Shown here in pieces: positions 37,767 to 48,138 of a stretch of DNA of 62,323 bases. The first letter of the stretch is position 1. Every line of letters begins with the position of its first letter. Where the stretch lies: positions 1 through 62,323 of the forward strand of contig JACRHP010000052.1 of NCBI GenBank assembly GCA_016212005.1, given 5' to 3'. This DNA is from Candidatus Omnitrophota bacterium. GTDB taxonomy: Bacteria > Omnitrophota > Gorgyraeia > Zapsychrales > Zapsychraceae. The notes beneath the pieces were generated by a model that worked only from the letters and a program-made list of their open reading frames with translations, was not told the origin of the DNA and searched no databases. Both the position numbers and the translations under genes were made by a program.

Positions 37767-37852
37767 AATACGTCTAATCCTCGAATATAGTAAAATTTTA
37801 CTATTTGTCGTAGTATACCAGAGAATTTCTTTTCCGCAAGGAAATTATCCGT

Positions 37853-39715
37853 TCATTCCCTGGCCAAGGGAATCCCCAGATCCTCCAGCGCTACCTCCAC
37901 GACAGCCACATCCCAGCCGTGCGCGGCAATATCTTCCCGGATCCTGGCTGGAGTCTTGTCCCGCAGTTCTTGCGGATTTTGCCGCAGAAAGGTCTTCAAC
38001 ACTTCAAGATTATACCGCTGGTGGACAGTCAAATGCCAGCGCAGCGGCCGCGCTTCCACCTTCCTGTTCAGCACATAAGCAATGACGGCCAACGCCAGCG
38101 GCAGACAAAGGACCGACAGGGAACTCACAAGATAAAACGGCGTGGAAACACCGAACAGGTATTCGGCGCAATGCCAGAACACGTCAAAAAGATAATGGCC
38201 GACAATGGCGGGAATGATCCCGTACCGCAAATAGATCCAGGACAGGAATATCCCCAGACAGGTCACCTCAACCCCGCGGAACCACATCGGGAAAACCGGA
38301 TAATGACTATGGCTGAAGCCCCAGACAAGTGATGAGAGCAGGACGGCGATGAAAGTATTCTTCAAGATTTTTTTGAAAAAATTGATACCGAACAGCCGGA
38401 ACATCAATTCTTCAGAGAAACTCGCCTGGAACCCCAGCGTAAACGCCGCCAGGAAAGGCCAGTAAGCGGTTGAAAAATTGGCCATCCACTCATGCCCCAG
38501 CCACACCCCCCAGTAACGCTGGCCGATATGGATAACGACCGCCTGGATGCCCAGCATGACGACACATACCGCATACCCCAAGAGAATCGCCCCGGCCATT
38601 TCCCTCGAAAGAAATGTCGAACGCAAATAATGAAGAAGAGCGCCCGCGGAGTTTTTGCGGGATACCTCGTAATGCAGGGCCTCCCCCGCCAGACTGGGCA
38701 TAAAAATGATCACGCTCACAAACAAGGCGTTGACCAGAGTCTGAATGGCTAGGTGCCACAAATACATCCGAAACGCCCCTATCGCGCTGTAACCGAACAA
38801 GACATTCTCCCACTGGTTAAATACGGAAAGACTCGACAGAAAAAACGAAAAAATCATCAGCCCGAAATAAAACCTCTTTGTCGTGTGCATGGCCAGGTGA
38901 TTGCGCCTGACGATCATGAAAAAAATGGCCGAGACGAACAAACCCAGGGAGAGAAGATGCACAACCCCCGACAGAATCTTACCTATATCCCTGCTCTTCG
39001 CCAAATGCCGGTTAAACTGGTCCGGGACGGAAAAGGAGTTCTTGTGAAAGGAAAGGATTTCATCGCCGGATATCGTGGCGCCGATAACCAGCTTTCCGGT
39101 TCCGGCGTTTTCGTCGTTGCTCCACTGGATCCGCACGTCCTTTTTCTGCCAGTTGAACCCGAAATCGGAACGGTTGTCCAGAACAGTGACGACGTCCCCC
39201 TTGACCGTGTATTGATCCGGGTCGAACCGGAATCTCTCCTTCAAAAAATCAACGGCCCGGCGTCTCGCTTCCTCGCGCTCGACGGATTTACGGGCGGCAT
39301 CGTCATCGAGGATATGCTGAAAACCGATGATCTCGCCGGTCGAAGAGCTGACGGAAACGTTGTACCCTTCTTTATCCTCTTCCCTGAAAAAACGTATCGT
39401 CCAGTAAAACAGGTCAAAGTCCTGGTCGCGTAAAAAACGGATCAGCCCCTTGAAGCCCACGCTCTCCTGCAAATAACGGTCAGCCTCTCCATCCGAAGAG
39501 AAAATGACGGCCGTCTTGAAACGCTCCGGGGGTTCCTGACGGTCACGCAGATAATCCCGCGCGATCGCCATGGCCAGGTTGCGATCCACGGAAAAATCGG
39601 CGAATTCCAGGTAGGGATAGCTAAACCGCCACCAGACAATGATACTCACAAACGATAAAACGGTAAGAAAAAACCATTGGCGCTTTATTTTGGGCATGGA
39701 CATGTGGGGGATCAA
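37853..39715 (-). CDS. CPBP (CAAX/Abi) intramembrane metalloprotease with large extracytoplasmic N-domain
   Basis: EELMFR, WGFSH and HYLFD motifs in a multi-TM C-terminal half. Confidence 0.8.
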   Translation of the reverse strand: MIPHMSMPKIKRQWFFLTVLSFVSIIVWWRFSYPYLEFADFSVDRNLAMAIARDYLRDRQEPPERFKTAVIFSSDGEADRYLQESVGFKGLIRFLRDQDFDLFYWTIRFFREEDKEGYNVSVSSSTGEIIGFQHILDDDAARKSVEREEARRRAVDFLKERFRFDPDQYTVKGDVVTVLDNRSDFGFNWQKKDVRIQWSNDENAGTGKLVIGATISGDEILSFHKNSFSVPDQFNRHLAKSRDIGKILSGVVHLLSLGLFVSAIFFMIVRRNHLAMHTTKRFYFGLMIFSFFLSSLSVFNQWENVLFGYSAIGAFRMYLWHLAIQTLVNALFVSVIIFMPSLAGEALHYEVSRKNSAGALLHYLRSTFLSREMAGAILLGYAVCVVMLGIQAVVIHIGQRYWGVWLGHEWMANFSTAYWPFLAAFTLGFQASFSEELMFRLFGINFFKKILKNTFIAVLLSSLVWGFSHSHYPVFPMWFRGVEVTCLGIFLSWIYLRYGIIPAIVGHYLFDVFWHCAEYLFGVSTPFYLVSSLSVLCLPLALAVIAYVLNRKVEARPLRWHLTVHQRYNLEVLKTFLRQNPQELRDKTPARIREDIAAHGWDVAVVEVALEDLGIPLARE

Positions 39716-39719
39716 CGCA

Positions 39720-40409
39720 TTAAAGCAAACTAATAACTTCTTTAGGGAGTTTGTTCAATTCCTGGCTTCCCAGCACCTTGACGGACCAGCGCAGCAACTT
39801 TAATTTCTTCGCCAGTTTCGGGTCCGGTTCGGCGACATTGACCAAACGGTTGCGCGAGAGGAACAACATCTTGCGTAACGTATTAAAAACCAACCTCGCC
39901 TCCCGGGTACGCTTGTTCCCCTGCCCGATAATATCGTTGAGGCTGTCAAAGGCCATTGCATTGACGGCCGCATTATAATGATTCAATTTCTGGATAAGGG
40001 CCGGGACCATGGCATCAAAATAGCGGTACCGGTCCAGAAGGCAGAGGGTATGCAAAATTTCCACTTCCACAAACGGCGAATCGGTCAACTTCAGCCGGCG
40101 GATCAATATCTTTTCCATCTGGACTTTTTCGCGCGCGACAGCTTCGTTGCTGTATTTCTCCTTATAAACACGGATAACGGCGGCGGTTTGATATGAATTC
40201 AACGTGTCATCCTTAAGCATTTCCACAATGACTTCCTTGGGAAGTTCCGCGTATTTTTGTGCGTAGCCGTCTAAAAGTTGCTTATCATCAAAAATGACTT
40301 GGTCAAAAACGCCTTCCTGCCCTTGGGCACCCTGGGCGAAAACGCTGGAGACATAGCTCAAGGCGACCAACAGCAAAATCACGATAACCAGAAGTTTCAC
40401 GCGTTTCAT
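39720..40409 (-). CDS. Exported helical protein of unknown function
   Basis: Signal peptide ending VFA; tight operon spacing. Confidence 0.65.
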   Translation of the reverse strand: MKRVKLLVIVILLLVALSYVSSVFAQGAQGQEGVFDQVIFDDKQLLDGYAQKYAELPKEVIVEMLKDDTLNSYQTAAVIRVYKEKYSNEAVAREKVQMEKILIRRLKLTDSPFVEVEILHTLCLLDRYRYFDAMVPALIQKLNHYNAAVNAMAFDSLNDIIGQGNKRTREARLVFNTLRKMLFLSRNRLVNVAEPDPKLAKKLKLLRWSVKVLGSQELNKLPKEVISLL

Positions 40410-40417
40410 AAGTGTTA

Positions 40418-41269
40418 TTAATCCATAAATTCCATCGACACATCCACGGAACGACGAGAATGCGTGAGAGCCCCGACCGAGACGCGATCCACCCCGGTTC
40501 GCGCGATGCGCCGGACATTTTTAAAAGTAATTCCGCCCGAAGCTTCCAACAACGGGCGTTTGCCAACTCTCATTCTGTTTCTCAAGGCGACCGCCTGGCC
40601 TAACTGCCGGCCGTTCATATTATCCAGCAAGATAATATCCGGGCCGGCCGCGAGCGCTTCCTTGAATTCCTGGAGATCATCCACTTCAAATGCGATCTTT
40701 TGGCGGGTCGACCGGCGAAGATGCCCGATCATCGCCCCGACACTCATCCGCCGGCGGCAAATCCAGCGGTGATTATCCTTGACCAAAACCATATCAGTTA
40801 AACTCTGCCGATGATTAAAAGCCCCGCCGCAGCGGACCGCGTATTTCTCCAGTTCCCGCAAGCCCGGCGTCGTTTTACGCGTATCTAGAATCCTGACCTT
40901 GTAAGGACGAACCGCCTGGACATAACTATGTGCATTGGTGGCAACACCGGAAAGATAACCCAAAAAATTAAGCGCCGTCCGCTCTCCTGAAAGAAGCGCT
41001 CTTGCCTTGCCTTTCAGCGACAAAATACTTGTGCCTTTGGCAACCTCTTTCCCATCGGAACACAAAGCCGCGCACTGGACGTCCTTGTCCAGCATCTGAA
41101 AAACCCTGAGGGCAATCCCCAGTCCGCAGACAACCGCTTTTTCTTTGACAATAATCCGCGCCCGGGCCATCACCGATGGACCGACCAAAAGCCGGGTTGT
41201 CACGTCCTGCCAAACCCGGTCTTCCCGCAAGGCCTCCCGAATGACGGGTTCAAAATTTTTCATACGCAT
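40418..41269 (-). CDS. nadC: Nicotinate-nucleotide diphosphorylase (carboxylating)
   Basis: ERTALN, DTRKTTPG, KDNH, LLDN and EASGG; start at 41269 or 41263. Confidence 0.95.
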   Translation of the reverse strand: MRMKNFEPVIREALREDRVWQDVTTRLLVGPSVMARARIIVKEKAVVCGLGIALRVFQMLDKDVQCAALCSDGKEVAKGTSILSLKGKARALLSGERTALNFLGYLSGVATNAHSYVQAVRPYKVRILDTRKTTPGLRELEKYAVRCGGAFNHRQSLTDMVLVKDNHRWICRRRMSVGAMIGHLRRSTRQKIAFEVDDLQEFKEALAAGPDIILLDNMNGRQLGQAVALRNRMRVGKRPLLEASGGITFKNVRRIARTGVDRVSVGALTHSRRSVDVSMEFMD

Positions 41270-41270
41270 A

Positions 41271-41392
41271 AGTGGAGCCCCGCGGACTGAAGTCCGCGGC
41301 ACCTTTCACTGCGAGATTCCGCCCCGCGGAATCCCGACCGGAACGCCTTCCATCCCCCACCTGAAGATGGGGACGTTCCGGCGTCGGGGTAG
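41271..41392. mobile_element. Multi-hairpin non-autonomous element resembling IS200/IS605 ends
   Basis: Hairpins CCGCGGACT-GA-AGTCCGCGG, GATTCCGC-CCC-GCGGAATC and CCGACCGGAACG..CCCCA-CCTGAAGA-TGGGG..CGTTCCGGCGTCGG; no ORF. Confidence 0.5.
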
Positions 41393-41393
41393 A

Positions 41394-44057
41394 TTATTCC
41401 AGACTCGCGATGACTTGCTTTAATTCCCTGACTTTCGCCTGCAGGGCCGCCGAGCGTTCTTTTTCTTTGGCGACGACCTCCGCGGGCGCTTTCTTGACGA
41501 ATTCCTTGTTGCCCAAACGCTTCTCTAATCCTTCCAGCAGCCGCTGCTGTTCGCCGGCCTGATCCAAAATCCTTTTCTTTTCCTTATCCACGTCGATGAC
41601 CCCGCCCAAGGGGATCACGCATTTGATCCCGCCGACCAACGCCGTTGCCGCATTCTTGACTTTAGCGAGCGTTTGCCCCACGGTGACACTTTCAAGGCGC
41701 GCCATATTCTTTATCATGACAAGGTTGGCCTCAAGAAGCGCCGCGTCTTTCCTGGTGCGAACAATGAAACAGCACGAAATCGTCTGCCCCGAAGTGATGT
41801 TCCATTGCGTGCGCACGGTACGGACCGCCGAAACAACCCCCCGCAACGCTTCCATATCTTTCTCCGCCTCTTTATCCAGCAACTTCCTGGAAAATGCCGG
41901 CCACCCCTGGATACACAAAGCTCCCTTGCCTTTTGAGATCTTGTCCCATAATTCTTCAGTCACGAAAGGCATAAATGGATGCATCATTTTAAAGGAATTC
42001 TCCAAAACGCCTAAAGCCACTTTTGGAACGTTCTCATCCGCCCAGCGGTCTTTGATAGTTTCGAGATACCAGTCGCAAAAATTGCTCCAGAAAAATTCAT
42101 AAATAAGCGACTCCGCCTCGGAGAAACGATAACGATCAACGGCGGCACCGACCTTCTCCAGCGTTACATAAAAACGCGAGATGATCCAGCGGGAAGGAAG
42201 GTCCAGCGCCCGCCTGTCCACTTTGGCCAAATCAAAATCTGCGGAAGAATGGGAAACGCGCATCAAAATCAGGCGCGAGGCGTTCCATACTTTATTGGCG
42301 AAATTACGGCCGATCTCAAATTTTTCTTTGGAAATAAAAAGGTCCTGCCCGGAATTGATAATAAGACTAAATCGTAGCGCATCCGCCCCGTACTCGCGGA
42401 TGATCTCCAGCGGGTCAATGGCGTTACCCAAGGATTTCGACATCTTGCGTCCCTTGGCGTCACGCACCGTGCCGTGGATATACACATCCGAAAACGGGAT
42501 ATCGCCCATGAATTCGAATCCGGCCATGATCATGCGCGCCACCCAGAAAAAGATGATTTCCGGCGCCGTAAACAAAGACGCCGTCGGATAAAAATACGCC
42601 AGTTCTTCCCGGGCCGGCTTGTTTGCCTTATCTTCGAACGGCCAGCCGAAGGTGGCGAACGGCCAAAGCCACGAGGAAAACCAGGTGTCCAGGACATCCT
42701 CATCCTGTTTCAGATTGCCTGACCCGCAATGCGGGCATTTCTCCGGAACCGTCGCGGAAACAATCGGTTCTTTGCATGCCAATTTGCATTGACCATCTCC
42801 CACGCAATACCAGACCGGGATCCGGTGCCCCCACCAGATCTGACGGGAAATACACCAGTCACGGATATTTTCCATCCAGTTAAGATAAACCTTGGTCCAA
42901 AGGGACGGATAAAATTTAATTTTGCCCTTACGCACCGCTTCCAAAGCAGGTTTGGCCAGCGGTTCCATCCGGACGAACCACTGTTTGGAGAGATACGGCT
43001 CAACGACCGTATGACACCGGTAGCAATGCCCGACGGCATGCGTATGCGGCTCGATCTTCTCAAGCAGCTTGAGTTCGCTTAATTCTTCGATGACCGCTTC
43101 GCGTGCTTCGAAACGGTCCATCCCCTCGAAATCGCCGGCCCGTTCGTTCAAGACACCATTGGGATGCATGATGTTGACAAATTCCAGTTTATGGCGCTTA
43201 CCCATCGCGAAGTCATTCGGATCGTGCGCCGGGGTGACCTTGACCGCCCCCGTGCCGAATTTGGAATCAACGAATTCATCGGCGATCACTTTGATCTCAC
43301 GATCAACAAGCGGAAGCGTCAAGGTCTTGTCAATGTACTTCTTATACCGCTTGTCCTTGGGGTTCACCGCGACCGCCGTATCTCCCAGCATGGTCTCCGG
43401 CCGGGTGGTAGCGACGGTAATAAAAGCGTTCTCTTCGCCTTTGATCGGATAACGCAGGTAATAAAGGTTCCCCTGCAAATCCCGGTGCTCGGCTTCTTCG
43501 TCGGAAAGGGCTGTCTGGCAACGCGGGCACCAGTTGATGATATATTCCCCCTGGTAGATGAGTCCTTTCTCATACAAGCGGACAAAGACGCTGCGCACGG
43601 CCTTGCTGTATTCCTCGTCCATCGTAAAACGCGTGCGCTCCCAGTCACAGGAGGCGCCGAGTTTTTTTAACTGGTTAATGATCGTATCGCCATACTGTTT
43701 TTTCCAATCCCACAACCGGCGCAGCATCTCGTCCCGACCGACGTCATGCCGGGTCTTACCTTCTTTGGATAACTGGCGCTCAACGACGTTCTGGGTGGCG
43801 ATCCCGGCGTGGTCCGTGCCCGGCATCCAGAGAGTCTCAAAACCGCGCATCCGTTTATAGCGGATCATGATATCCTGCAAGGTATTATTAAGCGCGTGGC
43901 CCATGTGCAGGATGCCCGTGACATTGGGCGGCGGAATGACAACCGCATACGGCTTTTTAGCGGGGTCGACATGGGCGTGAAAAAAATTATTCTCGACCCA
44001 GAACTTGCTCCACTTTTCATCGACTTCGTTAAAATTAAACCGCGGGGATAATTCCAT
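41394..44057 (-). CDS. valS: Valine-tRNA ligase
   Basis: PPPNVTG.LHMGH, DWCISRQIWWGH, KMSKS and C-terminal coiled coil. Confidence 0.97.
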   Translation of the reverse strand: MELSPRFNFNEVDEKWSKFWVENNFFHAHVDPAKKPYAVVIPPPNVTGILHMGHALNNTLQDIMIRYKRMRGFETLWMPGTDHAGIATQNVVERQLSKEGKTRHDVGRDEMLRRLWDWKKQYGDTIINQLKKLGASCDWERTRFTMDEEYSKAVRSVFVRLYEKGLIYQGEYIINWCPRCQTALSDEEAEHRDLQGNLYYLRYPIKGEENAFITVATTRPETMLGDTAVAVNPKDKRYKKYIDKTLTLPLVDREIKVIADEFVDSKFGTGAVKVTPAHDPNDFAMGKRHKLEFVNIMHPNGVLNERAGDFEGMDRFEAREAVIEELSELKLLEKIEPHTHAVGHCYRCHTVVEPYLSKQWFVRMEPLAKPALEAVRKGKIKFYPSLWTKVYLNWMENIRDWCISRQIWWGHRIPVWYCVGDGQCKLACKEPIVSATVPEKCPHCGSGNLKQDEDVLDTWFSSWLWPFATFGWPFEDKANKPAREELAYFYPTASLFTAPEIIFFWVARMIMAGFEFMGDIPFSDVYIHGTVRDAKGRKMSKSLGNAIDPLEIIREYGADALRFSLIINSGQDLFISKEKFEIGRNFANKVWNASRLILMRVSHSSADFDLAKVDRRALDLPSRWIISRFYVTLEKVGAAVDRYRFSEAESLIYEFFWSNFCDWYLETIKDRWADENVPKVALGVLENSFKMMHPFMPFVTEELWDKISKGKGALCIQGWPAFSRKLLDKEAEKDMEALRGVVSAVRTVRTQWNITSGQTISCCFIVRTRKDAALLEANLVMIKNMARLESVTVGQTLAKVKNAATALVGGIKCVIPLGGVIDVDKEKKRILDQAGEQQRLLEGLEKRLGNKEFVKKAPAEVVAKEKERSAALQAKVRELKQVIASLE

Positions 44058-44065
44058 TAAAAAAT

Positions 44066-44130
44066 CGCAAAAAAACGCGAAAACTTACGCATTAGAATTA
44101 TTTTGCGTTAAATTTCGCGTTATTTTTGCG
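44066..44130. repeat. Long imperfect inverted repeat between cimA and valS
   Basis: CGCAAAAAAACGCGAAA..ACGCA / TGCGT..TTTCGCGTTATTTTTGCG. Confidence 0.6.
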
Positions 44131-45694
44131 CCTTTTGGTCTTTCAATAATTTATACTCGATACTGTCCGTCAGCGCTTCCCATGATGCTTCAATGATATT
44201 TTCATGAACGCCGACCGTCGTCCAGGAATCAGTGTCATCCTGGGATTCGATCAAAACGCGCACCTTGGCAGCGGTGCCTTCTTTAGTGTCCAAAACGCGC
44301 ACCTTGTAATCGGTCAGATGCATTTGCGCAAGGCGCGGATAAAATTTCGTCAACGCCTGCCGCAGGGCTTTATCCAGCGCTTCCACCGGACCGCCCCCCT
44401 CGGCGGCATTATACCGGCTTTCGCCGTTGACGTTAACGCGCACCGATGCCTCGGCGAAGACCTGACCGTCAAAACGCTTCTCGGAAACGGTACGGAATCC
44501 CTCCAGCGTAAAAAACGGCTTGTATTTCTTGAGCGACCGCTTGAGGAACAATTCGAAAGAAGCGTCAGCCGCCTCAAACTGGTAACCGCCATGTTCTTTG
44601 TCCTGAAGGGCCTTCAAAAGTTCCTGGGCCTCCGGCGATTTCTTGTCCAGATCGACGTCCATCTGTTTGGCTTTCAGGATAATAGGCATTTTGCCGGCCA
44701 GTTCGGAAGTGATAAACCGCCGGTGATTGCCAACTTTGGCCGGATCGATGTGTTCATAGGCCAGCGGATTCTTGAGCATGGCGTCGATATGGACGCCCCC
44801 TTTGTGAGCAAACGCCGAGTGCCCGACGAATGCCGCGTTATCCGCCAGCTTAAAATTGCTGATCTCGCTGATGAAATAAGAGGTTTCCGTCAACTTCGGC
44901 ACGTTTTTCTCCGGGATCGAGGACTTATCAAACTTCGTGGACAAAATACCGATAATCGTGCACAAATCGGCGTTGCCGCAGCGTTCGCCAAGGCCGTTAA
45001 ACGTCCCCTGTACATGCACGCAGCCCGCCTCTACCGCCGCGATGCTGTTAGCCACCCCCATCCCCAAATCGTTATGGGTATGGATCCCCAAAGGACATTT
45101 GATGTCTTTTTTTACCTTCGTGACTATGTCCTTGACTTGCGCGGGGAGCGTGCCGCCGTTGGTATCGCACAGCACGATACAATCCGCCCCCGCGTCCTGG
45201 GCCGCCGCTATAGCCCTGAGGGCATAGTCAGGATTATGTTTATATCCGTCAAAAAAATGTTCCGCGTCGTAAATCACTTCCTTTTTGTGTTGTTTAAGAT
45301 ACTCCACCGAGTCGGCAATCATCTGCAGGTTTTCTTCCAATGTCGTGCGCAAGACATCCGTAACGTGCAGATCCCAGCTCTTGCCGAAAATCGTAACCGC
45401 GGGCGTCCCGGAAGCAACCAGCGCGCGCAGATTCAGGTCATCGGCGGGCTTTGTCTTCGGCCGGCGGGTCGAGCCGAACGCGGCGATCCTGGCGTGTTTC
45501 CATTTGCGTTTGTGCACGCTCTGGAAGTATTCCTGGTCCTTGGGGTTGGACCCCGGCCAGCCGCCTTCCACATAATGGACACCCAGTTCATCGAGCTTTT
45601 CGGTGATCTTGATCTTATCGTTGACCGTAAAAGAAACCCCCTCGGTTTGGGAACCGTCCCTTAAGGTCGTGTCATAAATGGTTATCCGTGTCAT
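44120..45694 (-). CDS. cimA: Citramalate synthase
   Basis: DTTLRDG, GGWPGSNPKD, GKSWDLHV, DAEHFFDG, HKGGVH; start MTRITIYD at 45694. Confidence 0.9.
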   Translation of the reverse strand: MTRITIYDTTLRDGSQTEGVSFTVNDKIKITEKLDELGVHYVEGGWPGSNPKDQEYFQSVHKRKWKHARIAAFGSTRRPKTKPADDLNLRALVASGTPAVTIFGKSWDLHVTDVLRTTLEENLQMIADSVEYLKQHKKEVIYDAEHFFDGYKHNPDYALRAIAAAQDAGADCIVLCDTNGGTLPAQVKDIVTKVKKDIKCPLGIHTHNDLGMGVANSIAAVEAGCVHVQGTFNGLGERCGNADLCTIIGILSTKFDKSSIPEKNVPKLTETSYFISEISNFKLADNAAFVGHSAFAHKGGVHIDAMLKNPLAYEHIDPAKVGNHRRFITSELAGKMPIILKAKQMDVDLDKKSPEAQELLKALQDKEHGGYQFEAADASFELFLKRSLKKYKPFFTLEGFRTVSEKRFDGQVFAEASVRVNVNGESRYNAAEGGGPVEALDKALRQALTKFYPRLAQMHLTDYKVRVLDTKEGTAAKVRVLIESQDDTDSWTTVGVHENIIEASWEALTDSIEYKLLKDQKAQK

Positions 45695-45701
45695 AGGATC
45701 T

Positions 45702-46922
45702 TTACGCCTCCAGCTCGAATCTTTGATGTAAGCACCGGACCGCTTTTTCCGCATACCGCTGGCTGATGATACACGAAATGCTGATCTCGGAAGTGGAGAT
45801 CATATCGATGTTGATCTTGTTTTCCGCGAGCGTCTGGAACATCCTGGCCGCGATCCCGTGATGCGAACGCATGCCGGAGCCGACGATGGAAATACGGGCG
45901 ATTTTCTTGTCAAAAAGAACTTCTCCGGCATTGATTTTCTGCGCCACCGCCTTGGCCGCCCGCAACGCCCTGGGCAAATCAGCCTTCGAAACAGTAAAAG
46001 AAATATCCGTATGTTTGGTATGGCTCACGTTCTGGACGATCATATCGACGCTGACGTCCATTTTGGATATTTCCGTAAAGATCGTGGCCGCGATTCCCGT
46101 GCGGTCGGGGACCGAACGGATAGTGATCTTGGCCTCCGACTTGTTGCAGGTGATGCCGCGAACGGACACTTCTTCCATCTTATCGTCTTTTTTAACAATC
46201 ATGGTGCCTTCCTCCTTCGAGAAGCTTGAACGCACGTGCATGGGGATATTATATTTTTTGGCCACTTCAATCGAGCGTGCCTGCATGACCTGGGCCCCCA
46301 GCGCGGCCATTTCCAGCATCTCCTCAAAAGTGATTGCTTTAATTTTCTTCGCCTGCGGCACGATGCGCGGATCCGTCGTATAGATGCCCTGGACGTCCGT
46401 GTAAATTTCGCAAACCTTGGCCCTTAGCGCATGGGCCAGCGCAACGGCGGTCAGATCAGACCCCCCGCGGCCCAACGTCGTGATCTCATTTTCAGAGGTA
46501 ACGCCCTGATAACCGGCCACAATGACGATCTTGTTATCGGCGATAGCCTTGCGGATCCGGCGGCCGCTGATCGTCTCAATGCGGGCCCTGGTGTGCCGCT
46601 TGTCGGTCTTGATCCCGACCTGGGGCCCCGTAAACGAAATGGCCTCATGCCCGCACGCCTTGACCGCCATGGCCAAAAGCGCGCAGGAGATCTGTTCGCC
46701 CGTCGACATGAGCATATCCATCTCCCGTTCCGAAGGAGATTTAGAAAGTTGATACGCCATCGCCTCCAGATCATCGGTCGTATCCCCCAGGGCCGAGACA
46801 ACGACAACCACATGATTATAATTATTTTTCGTCGCCACAATTCTGCGCGCGACCGCCTTGATCCGTTCGATATTCGCCACCGATGACCCGCCGTATTTCT
46901 GAACCACGATATACTTTTTCAT
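45702..46922 (-). CDS. lysC: Aspartate kinase
   Basis: QKYGGSSV, TTLGRGGSD, two ACT domains, STSEISIS. Confidence 0.95.
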   Translation of the reverse strand: MKKYIVVQKYGGSSVANIERIKAVARRIVATKNNYNHVVVVVSALGDTTDDLEAMAYQLSKSPSEREMDMLMSTGEQISCALLAMAVKACGHEAISFTGPQVGIKTDKRHTRARIETISGRRIRKAIADNKIVIVAGYQGVTSENEITTLGRGGSDLTAVALAHALRAKVCEIYTDVQGIYTTDPRIVPQAKKIKAITFEEMLEMAALGAQVMQARSIEVAKKYNIPMHVRSSFSKEEGTMIVKKDDKMEEVSVRGITCNKSEAKITIRSVPDRTGIAATIFTEISKMDVSVDMIVQNVSHTKHTDISFTVSKADLPRALRAAKAVAQKINAGEVLFDKKIARISIVGSGMRSHHGIAARMFQTLAENKINIDMISTSEISISCIISQRYAEKAVRCLHQRFELEA

Positions 46923-46932
46923 TACCGTCCCT

Positions 46933-48138
46933 TCAGGAATTACGTTTACCCAGAAATTTCATCATCAGGGCTTCCCCGCTTGCGAATTTAAGCCCCTTTT
47001 CCCGGGCGGCGGTCTCCGTAAACTGCCCGGCGCCATCGGGGACAACGCCTTTGCCGTACATCACAAAACAAACCGGGTCCGAAGAGTGCGTGCGCAATTC
47101 CACCGGCGTGGGATGGTCCGGCAGGAGTAAAACCCGCACGTCGTCACGCTTGTCGAAATAATTTAAAATCGTCCCCACGACATGCTGGTCGATCTTCTCG
47201 ATGCAATCGACCTTGGCCTGCGCGTCGCCGTTGTGGCCGGCCTCATCGGTCGCTTCAATATGGATATAGACCAAATCATGTTTTTTCAAAGCGGCCAGGG
47301 CGTATTCGGCCTTGCCCGAATAATTCGTATCATAATACCCGGTTATGCCGGGGACGTCAATAATTTCCAGCCCGGCGAGACGCCCGATCCCGTTGACCAG
47401 ATCAACGGCGGAAATAATCGCGCCGCTTACCCCGAACTTCTGGTCAAAAGAAGGCAAATTGGGCCGCACGCCCTGGCCCCACAACCAGATCATGTTCGCC
47501 TGGTTTTCCTTGAGATCGCCGCGCACCTGATTGACCGGGTGGCTCTCAAAGATTTTCCGGGATTTTTCCATCAGCATCAACAACATCTCGGCCCCGCGGC
47601 CTTTGGGCAGATGCTGTTGAACTTCCTTGTTCAGGATATCATGCGGCGGATAAGTCTTGAGCGCCAGGTAGTCCTGGATTTTATTCGTTTTCATCACCAG
47701 TAAATGGCGATAACTTTTCCCGGGATAAAATTTGATCCCTTCCTGGACGATCTCCTTGTTCAAAGCGTCAATTAAAATGCCCGCTTCTTTCGTGGGGATA
47801 TGCCCGGCGCTGTAGTCAACCATCTTCCCGCTGCCAATTGTAACCAGATTGCAGCGGAAGGCCACCTCATCGTCTTGAAGAATGATATTCTGGTTGGCCG
47901 CCTCCAGCGGGGCCCGCCCGGTGTGACAAATTTTGGGATCATACCCCAGGATCGCCATGTTGCCGATGTCAGAGCCCGGGTTCATCCCGTCAGGAATCGT
48001 TTGCACGAGCCCCACCGTGCCGTGTTGGGCCATAAAATCCATATTCGGCCGCCGGGCCACTTCCAAAGGCGTTTTATTGCCCAATTTCTTGACGGGGTAA
48101 TCCGCCATGCCATCGGGGACGATAACGATGTATTTCAT
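46933..48138 (-). CDS. apgM: Cofactor-independent phosphoglycerate mutase-like protein (proposed homoserine kinase family)
   Basis: DGMAD, PGSD, DEAGH and DHPTP; lies in the thr cluster. Confidence 0.85.
   Translation of the reverse strand: MKYIVIVPDGMADYPVKKLGNKTPLEVARRPNMDFMAQHGTVGLVQTIPDGMNPGSDIGNMAILGYDPKICHTGRAPLEAANQNIILQDDEVAFRCNLVTIGSGKMVDYSAGHIPTKEAGILIDALNKEIVQEGIKFYPGKSYRHLLVMKTNKIQDYLALKTYPPHDILNKEVQQHLPKGRGAEMLLMLMEKSRKIFESHPVNQVRGDLKENQANMIWLWGQGVRPNLPSFDQKFGVSGAIISAVDLVNGIGRLAGLEIIDVPGITGYYDTNYSGKAEYALAALKKHDLVYIHIEATDEAGHNGDAQAKVDCIEKIDQHVVGTILNYFDKRDDVRVLLLPDHPTPVELRTHSSDPVCFVMYGKGVVPDGAGQFTETAAREKGLKFASGEALMMKFLGKRNS

Noticed and set aside
44204-45664. 486-aa + strand ORF
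   Set aside because: Antisense shadow of cimA with no recognisable motifs. The same applies to the many other antisense ORFs over long genes.
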